DNA from: Oscillospiraceae bacterium
GTDB lineage: Bacteria; Bacillota; Clostridia; Oscillospirales; Acutalibacteraceae
Length of the DNA: 64,000 nt
Direction of reading: 5' to 3'
Assembly (NCBI GenBank): GCA_031255515.1
Contig: JAIRSI010000063.1
Span: 1,239 to 65,238, forward strand
The notes under the pieces are model-generated. The model had not been told where the DNA came from. It made no database searches and saw only the letters and a list, made by a program, of their open reading frames with translations. A program made the position numbers and the translations under genes. Of the stretch, positions 34,000 to 41,580 are shown piece by piece (within the stretch, counting starts at the first letter, position 1; each line of letters opens with the position of its first letter).

Positions 34000-34319
34000 A
34001 AATTATCACCAAGACTTGTGTTAGTTAAAAACTCACCTGTTTGATTGTTTTTGCCTGCTAAATAAAGCGTTGAACCTTGCGCGCCAGCTGGGGGAGCGTT
34101 CATAATAGCAGTCGCTTCTGCATGCTGTATGTTTTAATTATTATATTATTCCTGAATTTTAGACGCTTTGTTTATTTGCGCAATATGACTGTACCCTGTA
34201 TAAATAACTACACCGTCAAGAACTATAGCTACACCAAAGTTGATATGTGGACAATTGCCGTTATTCAATGCGGTTTCGGCAATATCTAAATAATAATCAA
34301 TTTTATCAATATAGTCCAA
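33996..34319 (-). pseudogene. CMP/dCMP (cytidine/deoxycytidylate) deaminase-like ORF interrupted by two in-frame TAA codons and lacking the PCxxC motif
   Basis: AGGAGG RBS plus TTG 34319. Reads DYYLDIAETALNNGNCPHINFGVAIVLDGVVIYTGYS ... KIQE*YNN*NIQHAEATAIMNA...GSTLYLAG. Stops at 34146-34148 and 34134-34136. The HAE zinc motif is present but no PCxxC follows. Confidence 0.5.
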
Positions 34320-34346
34320 ATCGTACCTCCTATAATCTAAAATGTT

Positions 34347-34994
34347 CTACCCTTCTTTATAATTAACTTGAGCGTCTTTTTCACCAATATCAAATATTTT
34401 TTTACTTACAATAAAATCAAATACAGGCATATGAATCTGAACTGAAGATATTCTTAATTTCCCGACTTCTTTGCATGATTCAGTGGCTACATTTAAATGA
34501 AGATAAGCCATTTGATGGTAGTCTAGCAATGCCATCCTAAATAAATTCATAGTTGAATAGTTTACATGCATATTAATAACGCCATCGGATACATCAAGAG
34601 CAATATTGCTTATACAAGGAGTTGGTACATTTTCTCTGTTATCTTTATTTGGGTCATATATAGGTATCACAATAGGTTTGATATTTTTTCTTTTTTTAAT
34701 AATTTTAATAGCATATTCATACTGATTAATTTGATTTGGGCCAAAGGAATAAAGACGATTTATTTCAGAATGCTTTCCGGGAGAAGTAATTTGAGATAAG
34801 TAATATTCACGGTTTCTCAGTTGCCATGGGCAAAAAGCACTTAACGTTGGTTCTACTGTATAGTTCTGTGCTTGAACTGTAAGGTTGTCCAAAAGTAAGT
34901 ATTCTTTTCCACACATGTTTCTTGAATAAGCATTATTAAGAAAGTATCTCATTGCTTCTTCCCAACATTTATTTATTGATGATTCAATAATCAT
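34347..34994 (-). CDS. Short divergent thymidylate-synthase-fold protein (TS-like 2)
   Basis: 215 aa. VPTPCISNIALDV...NYSTMNLFRMALLDY aligns without gaps to TS-like 1 from the catalytic Cys to the Asp. Cys and Asp are kept, but RSxD reads STxN. Confidence 0.55.
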   Translation of the reverse strand: MIIESSINKCWEEAMRYFLNNAYSRNMCGKEYLLLDNLTVQAQNYTVEPTLSAFCPWQLRNREYYLSQITSPGKHSEINRLYSFGPNQINQYEYAIKIIKKRKNIKPIVIPIYDPNKDNRENVPTPCISNIALDVSDGVINMHVNYSTMNLFRMALLDYHQMAYLHLNVATESCKEVGKLRISSVQIHMPVFDFIVSKKIFDIGEKDAQVNYKEG

Positions 34995-35039
34995 TACCTA
35001 CCTCCATCCAATTATTTATATATTTGTTTAATTAAGCAG

Positions 35040-35648
35040 CTAAACAATTCGTCTTGTCTCATATTCTCGAATGACATTGGCATACGCTTCACATATTTCT
35101 CTATTATTCTTGATAAGAATGGCTTTTTCATTTTCCATTGCATATTTACAATAAAGTTTTTTTAAGCGTCTCAAACAAAGGATATTTTCAAATTCGTTAG
35201 CTCCTCCTCTACTCTGAATTCGCTTTTCAATTAAATCCATTTCAGAATCAATTACAAATGTTAAATCTGGTTCAAGACACATGCTATAAACGATGTTGGT
35301 AAAATCATTTTCTGCTATCCAAACTTTAGCATATAGTTGTTGACATATTGCCCATCGATCTAAAATTATTACCTTATTAGAAGAATCCGAATCTTTAATA
35401 TCTTCAGAATTTTGTAATAAATCAAATCCCATAATATAAGACCCAATAACATTCAATTCATGTTTTTTATTTGGATATTTTTCAAAAAATTCTTTTCGTA
35501 CCATGTTATAGTTTTTTGCGAATGTAGTATCAGGTCGCAATGCTTTTATGATAGTTACTGTTTTGCCTGTTTGCTTTAGATACTCTGCAAATTTGGACAA
35601 TAATGTTGTTTTTCCGGTTCCATCAACTCCAACGAAGGCAATTATCAT
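35040..35648 (-). CDS. dTMP-kinase-like P-loop nucleoside monophosphate kinase
   Basis: IAFVGVDGTGKTT P-loop, VIILDRW, PDLTFVID and a LID-like RIQSRGG in thymidylate-kinase order. Confidence 0.7.
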   Translation of the reverse strand: MIIAFVGVDGTGKTTLLSKFAEYLKQTGKTVTIIKALRPDTTFAKNYNMVRKEFFEKYPNKKHELNVIGSYIMGFDLLQNSEDIKDSDSSNKVIILDRWAICQQLYAKVWIAENDFTNIVYSMCLEPDLTFVIDSEMDLIEKRIQSRGGANEFENILCLRRLKKLYCKYAMENEKAILIKNNREICEAYANVIREYETRRIV

Positions 35649-35662
35649 GCTAAAACTCCTTC

Positions 35663-36523
35663 CTATATATTTACATAATTTATCATTATAGGTTTATATT
35701 TATTTTTCATCCAATTTTCTCCACCATTGATTTTGGTCTCGTATTCTTGAAGAGAAATGTCTCCGAGTATAAATTTTTTAAAAAGAGACACTTCGGTAAA
35801 AGGATGTTTGTTGAAAAAAATCTGGTGGCTGCTGTTAACGTGATCTTTATAAAATCCCGAATTTCTTAAATGGGCGATATGTATATTTTCAGCTTTCTCG
35901 TTACTCATAAAAACTACATTATCTTTTTTCAGTCGGTAACCCAATTCAAAATGTTCAAATCCCCAAGATTTAAAATCACAATCAAATCGATGTTCGGCTA
36001 ATGTGGATTTCTTTAAAGCCATATTTCCTGACAATGTAGAAAGCCAACATAAATGACTGTCTGTTTTTCCAGATTCATCGTAAATTTGTGAAATAACTTT
36101 ATAATAAATGGATTTGCGTTTAATAATCTTTTCTGTATTTACCTTTAGCTTGTCAATGCTGTCATATGTTTCAGTTAAATATCCTATACTCAAAATAGCA
36201 TCCTGTGAATCAATTAAATTCATATGTGATTCTATAAAATTAGGAACAGGCAACCGATCACAATCACAAAAAATAATAAATTCGCCTTTGGAGATATCTA
36301 TAGCAATGTTTCTGGTATACGCCCGGCCTTTATTTGTTTTGTTCTTTATATATTTAATTTTTAATGAATTATAGTTGTTAATTACAGATGGTTCATAATC
36401 TAACGATCCATCATCGACAATAATAATTTCGAATGGTTCTGATGTGGTTTGTCTGCAAAAATGCCACAGTGTTGCATCTAAAGACGGATATTGATTGTAT
36501 ACAGGAATAATAACACTAATCAT
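35663..36523 (-). CDS. Glycosyltransferase family 2
   Basis: ISVIIPVYNQ, IIIVDDGS and a DCD (DxD) motif. Confidence 0.85.
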   Translation of the reverse strand: MISVIIPVYNQYPSLDATLWHFCRQTTSEPFEIIIVDDGSLDYEPSVINNYNSLKIKYIKNKTNKGRAYTRNIAIDISKGEFIIFCDCDRLPVPNFIESHMNLIDSQDAILSIGYLTETYDSIDKLKVNTEKIIKRKSIYYKVISQIYDESGKTDSHLCWLSTLSGNMALKKSTLAEHRFDCDFKSWGFEHFELGYRLKKDNVVFMSNEKAENIHIAHLRNSGFYKDHVNSSHQIFFNKHPFTEVSLFKKFILGDISLQEYETKINGGENWMKNKYKPIMINYVNI

Positions 36524-38054
36524 AACTAACCTCTTTTTCTGAAGTAATATTGTTAATTATGGCAATTACATCCTCAATTAATTTGTCACGAGTCTGTGCG
36601 GACATTGCTAATCCTTGTTTATCGTTTACATATTTAATTTTTTCGCCTATGCAATACTCTTCTTTATTTACAAACGCATATCCATTACACTCGTTAAGCA
36701 TTTGATTGATTTCAAACTCGGATAACTTTTTTAAAAAATCAGTTGACAAATTAATGCCTTTACTCCTATTTAGGATATTTCCAAGGATGCAACATTCATA
36801 CTCAGCCCACGCATAATTATCGTAAAGATCACTTGTATCAATTACCGAAACCAACTTATCACTATTCGATAAATAGTTCCATATGTTACTCTTTTCTGGA
36901 AATAGCATTATTTTATGATCAAAAATTTCCTTATTGGCAAATAATAAATAATTGCTAAAACCCGAAGCGACACCGATTACTTTTGCGTTAGGTGCTCTTT
37001 TTTTAAGGTAGTTAGCAACAAACAATAATATTTCTTGCGTGGAATCATATGCTAAATCTTCACTTTTCCCATCGCTGTCTCCAGATGACGGAAAATCAAA
37101 CATGCAAATATTGTATTCTTTGTGAAGTATATTGGCCATTTGAGTAAACAAAAATCCCGGACCTGATTTATTTTGAAATAATCCGTGTAAAAACAAAATA
37201 TAAGTTGATGACTGTCCTGTTTCTACTAATTTTAAGCAAATACGATTTTCCCCTGTGTGTAAAAAAAATTCTTGCCTTTTTGGAGATATAAGGTTAATTT
37301 TTTTATGATGCCACTGAACTAAAAGATCACTTAAATTTTGAACCCATACATGTTTTGTATATAGGTGATCTGCGTGTGATATTATTTCGTGTGGCCATTT
37401 TTTCTGAATCCAGAAATCTCTGCTGTTTTTTGATGTGTCATCGTTTGCAGAATATATTCCAAAATAGTCAACTTGCTCATCTAAATTACATTTATCAATA
37501 AAATATTCCTTGTACTTTTCCACCACACTCCAATTAATCCATGTTCCAAGATTACTATCATAAACCATGTTTCCATTTTTTATTTTTGGACGACTTATTT
37601 TATCCAGGTATGATTCTTCAACACACAATCCATTACATGACAAAATAGCAGCAATGTCATTTCGTTTACTTGCAGCGTGAAATGCAAACTTCAATCCTTC
37701 GCTAAATCCTACATAAATAACTTTATTTATAAAACCAAATGAATTTAAAAATTGACTCGTAATTTCATCTAATTGAATAATAAATGAATCAAAATCATTT
37801 TCTGAATAATTTCCAAAATTGCTACCACCACCCAAAAAATCAAAACGTAAAACTGAAAATCCATTCATACTTAAATTTCTGGCAATTCGTGTAAACATAG
37901 CACGCGAATCACCACGATCACCAAATATTCCAGGTATTATAATCGTTACGTATGGATTTGATAAATCGAATGTAGTATGCAAAACAGCATTTATTGTTTC
38001 AGATTTATAATTAAAAGCCAAATTTATTTCATTTGTTCGTTCATTCATTAGCAT
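36516..38054 (-). CDS. Tandem double alpha/beta-hydrolase-fold protein
   Basis: Two ~250-aa halves. The first has GFSEG (GxSxG). The second has LFLHG...DFPSSGDSDG but only GVASG at the nucleophile elbow. Confidence 0.65.
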   Translation of the reverse strand: MLMNERTNEINLAFNYKSETINAVLHTTFDLSNPYVTIIIPGIFGDRGDSRAMFTRIARNLSMNGFSVLRFDFLGGGSNFGNYSENDFDSFIIQLDEITSQFLNSFGFINKVIYVGFSEGLKFAFHAASKRNDIAAILSCNGLCVEESYLDKISRPKIKNGNMVYDSNLGTWINWSVVEKYKEYFIDKCNLDEQVDYFGIYSANDDTSKNSRDFWIQKKWPHEIISHADHLYTKHVWVQNLSDLLVQWHHKKINLISPKRQEFFLHTGENRICLKLVETGQSSTYILFLHGLFQNKSGPGFLFTQMANILHKEYNICMFDFPSSGDSDGKSEDLAYDSTQEILLFVANYLKKRAPNAKVIGVASGFSNYLLFANKEIFDHKIMLFPEKSNIWNYLSNSDKLVSVIDTSDLYDNYAWAEYECCILGNILNRSKGINLSTDFLKKLSEFEINQMLNECNGYAFVNKEEYCIGEKIKYVNDKQGLAMSAQTRDKLIEDVIAIINNITSEKEVSYD

Positions 38055-38274
38055 ATTTATTCACCATGCTTAAAATAGAGTTTACTGACGACATGTTTTC
38101 TACAGTTAAATCATTATCATCAATTTCGATACCTAGCTTATCTTCAACAATTGTAACAAGTTTCAGTACACCTAAAGAATCTAAACCATGATTAAACGGA
38201 TTAATAGAATAATTATGTATTTTAGTTCCAATAACTTCTTCAATAATTTTGACAATTTCCTCAGCATTAGACAT
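38041..38274 (-). CDS. Free-standing acyl/peptidyl carrier protein (CP3)
   Basis: 77 aa with GLDSLGVLKLV phosphopantetheine Ser motif. Confidence 0.85.
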   Translation of the reverse strand: MSNAEEIVKIIEEVIGTKIHNYSINPFNHGLDSLGVLKLVTIVEDKLGIEIDDNDLTVENMSSVNSILSMVNKYANE

Positions 38275-39219
38275 TTAATCACCTTCCTGCATTAATGCAT
38301 TTAAATTTTTTGAGCATATTACACGTACAAGCATTAATAAATATTCTTTCATACTTGGCATTCTTATTAAAAACCTAATATTTTCAGCATGCCTGATTAA
38401 ATCAATTACGCAATGTACTTGCATATAATAATGTATTTTTTTTTCAATATCTGTTGGGGATGTATTCTCATAATAACTATTGATAAATGCTTTTATTTGT
38501 TGAAGCCTTCCTGGGTGCACTTCAAACTTTTTTGACCCAGAATACATAAAAGATAGAACTGTATTTGCAACATCCTCGATAGAATCTCCGTAACGTATAG
38601 TATCAAAATCAATTAAACATACCTCTTCGTCGTTTAAGATCATGTTTTCCAAGATAGTATCACCATGTATAACAGTCTGGTTACTGTTGGAGTAGTTATC
38701 AATAATATTGTATAGATTTTCTTTGCATGAAAGAATTTCTTGTTTGATTGAATAAGAACCATTATTGAAATTCAAAAAAAGGTCTTTAGCGCTATTTAAT
38801 TTTTCTTCAGTACTAATCAAATCAGGAAGTAGCTTAGATGTAGCAACGCCATGATATTTTTTTAAACAATTTGCTATTTCTTTATACTGGTTTATAGAAG
38901 GACGATTCCCTTTAATATACTCAAAAACAACACAATATCTGTTTTCTAAACTGATATGAAATTCGTCTGAATCTAGCCTTCGTAATGGGCATCCTATTGA
39001 AATACCTAATTCTCGTAGTTTCCAGTAATATCCCCACATTTGAAATAACTCTTTTAATGAAAAAGTTTCTGCGTAATCTTTCACTATGTACTGATTACCG
39101 TCAAAAGTGTTTACTAAAAAGCTTTGACGGAACATTAGCCTGTCAATTATTTTTACATCTATGATTTTTAATCCATAGTATTTATTGAGACTCTCTATCA
39201 GTTGCTGCCATGTGAACAT
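38275..39219 (-). CDS. APH/choline-kinase-fold phosphotransferase
   Basis: VIHGDTILENMI (HxDxxxxN) and LIDFD motifs. Confidence 0.8.
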   Translation of the reverse strand: MFTWQQLIESLNKYYGLKIIDVKIIDRLMFRQSFLVNTFDGNQYIVKDYAETFSLKELFQMWGYYWKLRELGISIGCPLRRLDSDEFHISLENRYCVVFEYIKGNRPSINQYKEIANCLKKYHGVATSKLLPDLISTEEKLNSAKDLFLNFNNGSYSIKQEILSCKENLYNIIDNYSNSNQTVIHGDTILENMILNDEEVCLIDFDTIRYGDSIEDVANTVLSFMYSGSKKFEVHPGRLQQIKAFINSYYENTSPTDIEKKIHYYMQVHCVIDLIRHAENIRFLIRMPSMKEYLLMLVRVICSKNLNALMQEGD

Positions 39220-39223
39220 ACTT

Positions 39224-40087
39224 TCAGTCCTTTATATTATGTGTTGTGTAACTTTTATTTTTCAAAACTTCAACAAATTGTTTCCAATAAGAATTTAATA
39301 AGCTAATATTTTGTACAGTCTCATTTTTTCTGAGTGCGCGTTCTGTTTCTAATATCAAAGATATCTGTTCGCTATTGACAGATTCAATTGTCATGCTAGG
39401 CATACTTTGATTATCAGCATCTTTAGTTTTTTTAAGACAATCAAAAATATTGAAATTTCTTTCGTATATGTGTAAGCTGCCTACCATGTGGGTATATGAA
39501 CCCAATTCAACATTCAACTCTATTGCTAACATTTCTTGTAGCATAGTAAAACTAAAAATATCATAAGGCATGCCAAGATATATATCATTAGAGCGCATGT
39601 ATGTAACAGCATTTAACTGCTTATTACGAATGAAATATTGCAGAACACATGTACACGGTATATCTAACGAAGATGCAAACAAATCACGCGGTTGATATAT
39701 TGATATTACAGCTTGCCTTGAATCAGGGTCTTTAGATAAAATATTCTTAACCCATTCCCATTGGGAAAGCTTACCTCCGAATATTCTTGTACCATATGCA
39801 CCGTTAACAGTAATTTTATCATCAGAAAAATTAGGATATATTTTACTGTAGTACTCCATAATATTTAGTCTGTCGCTTCCTCTTAGATACCAAAGAAATT
39901 CACCGAAAGCAAACGATAAACTCATTTTTCGGACAGAATTATTCGTAATCCTATCTCTTGGATTTTTTATGGAAAACGAAACACCTAAACATTCTTTTAT
40001 TTTCATTCCACGTGGACTGGACTCGAATGCAGATTTTAATTGGTTCACATGATATATGAACGCTTCGTTTACATTTTTAAAAATCAT
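39224..40087 (-). CDS. Thymidylate-synthase-fold pyrimidine-nucleotide C5 (hydroxy)methylase with Asp specificity signature (TS-like 1)
   Basis: AFGEFLWYLRGSD, catalytic Cys in DIPCTCVLQYF, and MRSNDIYLGMPYDIFSF (canonical PFN replaced by PYD). ATG 40087 overlaps the upstream TGA (ATGA). Confidence 0.8.
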   Translation of the reverse strand: MIFKNVNEAFIYHVNQLKSAFESSPRGMKIKECLGVSFSIKNPRDRITNNSVRKMSLSFAFGEFLWYLRGSDRLNIMEYYSKIYPNFSDDKITVNGAYGTRIFGGKLSQWEWVKNILSKDPDSRQAVISIYQPRDLFASSLDIPCTCVLQYFIRNKQLNAVTYMRSNDIYLGMPYDIFSFTMLQEMLAIELNVELGSYTHMVGSLHIYERNFNIFDCLKKTKDADNQSMPSMTIESVNSEQISLILETERALRKNETVQNISLLNSYWKQFVEVLKNKSYTTHNIKD

Positions 40088-41577
40088 AATGTCACCCCAT
40101 CTGTAAATCGTTTGGTCTTGCCGTTGTATGTTCTGCAAATATTTTTCACAAAATTAAAGCATTTTGGAATTTTGTAATTGCTTAAATTTTTCGAGCAAAC
40201 AGATTTAAGTTGCTGAATGATTTCCACATTATCAGAATTTGATACAATGTCTGCATGAACTACTTCGCCAAGCAAATCATCGTTAACTCCATATACTTTT
40301 ACATCCATGATACCCGGGTAAGTTGAAATCACTTCTTCTACTTCCTCAGGACATATGTTTTGTCCTCCAGAAATAATTATATTTTTCTTTCTACCAACTA
40401 AATACAAATATCCATCTTCTGAAAGATATCCTATATCTCCCGTATATAGCCACTCACCACGTATTATAGCTTTTGTTTCTTCTATACATTTGAAGTATCC
40501 TTTCATGATTCCCTTACTTTTCACAATTACTTCTCCTGTTACACCTTTTGGAAGCGGCGATCCAAGAGTATCAACAATTTTTATTTCGACTTTAGGAATC
40601 GCACATCCTACAGAACCAATTTTTTCGATATATTGAGAAGGAGGCAATGTTGTAACCCGTGGACCTGCTTCGGTTAATCCATATGTTTGGACAAAAGCAA
40701 TTGACGGGAACTTTTTTATAATATCTAGTAATTGAGACTTTGGAATTGGATTGCCTCCAAAACATATTATTTTTAACGATGAGATATTATAAGATAACAG
40801 TTCACTATTGCATAAAGCGATCAAAATTGTAGGCACCGCAGTAAAATTTGTAATACTCCACTTTTCTATTATTTTATAGAAATCAGCCACCATAAATGGG
40901 TTTGGGTTAATCACAATGCAAGCACCTAAGTATACATGTGCTAAAAATTGGGCTGTATTGCAATACCCAAACATCATAGGAAGCTGTATCAAACAAACTT
41001 CATTAACATCAAACTTTAATGATTCACAATGGGATTTAATATTACTCAATAGCCCTTGATTGGTTAGCATAACTCGTTTTGATTTTGATGTTGTTCCAGA
41101 TGTATGCAATAGAACCACAACATCGTCAAGCTCATTTTCATTAAGAACGGTTGAAGAAACACTATTGGTATATAATTTAATATTTCTTTGAATCTCAGCA
41201 CAATCATTTATTACAATGAGGTTCATATGAAGCTTATTTGTATGTACTAATGCTTCAATCATGGGAAAATATACTTCTGTTGTTATTAAAGTAAAAATCT
41301 CACAGTGTTTTATTGTATCTAATAATTCATTCATTGTAGTACTTGTATGAAATGGTGCAATTACCTTGTCCGCATAAAGACAAGCAAAATAACTAATAGC
41401 ATATTCAATACCATTTGGTAAAAATAACCCTACTATTTTTTCATGTTTGTCTTTTAATGCTTCATTACTAAGTTTATCAGAAAGCTGATGCCATTGCTTG
41501 TATCCCAGTGCAATCTCTCCACACACAATGGCGATCTTATCAGATTCTTTAAGCCTTATCAAAAGATTGCAAACCAT
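40084..41577 (-). CDS. ANL-family adenylating enzyme (acyl-CoA/acyl-carrier-protein ligase)
   Basis: HTSGTTSKSKRV, QTYGLTEAG, YTGDIGYL..GRKKNIIISGGQNI and a C-terminal NGKTKR. Confidence 0.85.
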   Translation of the reverse strand: MVCNLLIRLKESDKIAIVCGEIALGYKQWHQLSDKLSNEALKDKHEKIVGLFLPNGIEYAISYFACLYADKVIAPFHTSTTMNELLDTIKHCEIFTLITTEVYFPMIEALVHTNKLHMNLIVINDCAEIQRNIKLYTNSVSSTVLNENELDDVVVLLHTSGTTSKSKRVMLTNQGLLSNIKSHCESLKFDVNEVCLIQLPMMFGYCNTAQFLAHVYLGACIVINPNPFMVADFYKIIEKWSITNFTAVPTILIALCNSELLSYNISSLKIICFGGNPIPKSQLLDIIKKFPSIAFVQTYGLTEAGPRVTTLPPSQYIEKIGSVGCAIPKVEIKIVDTLGSPLPKGVTGEVIVKSKGIMKGYFKCIEETKAIIRGEWLYTGDIGYLSEDGYLYLVGRKKNIIISGGQNICPEEVEEVISTYPGIMDVKVYGVNDDLLGEVVHADIVSNSDNVEIIQQLKSVCSKNLSNYKIPKCFNFVKNICRTYNGKTKRFTDGVTL

Positions 41578-41580
41578 AAT

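Noticed and set aside
34077-34289. 70-aa plus-strand ORF in the TS-like 2 / hypothetical-gene spacer
   Set aside because: It is antisense to the deaminase-like reading frame, which has an AGGAGG RBS and family motifs. The ORF has no RBS and no recognisable motif.
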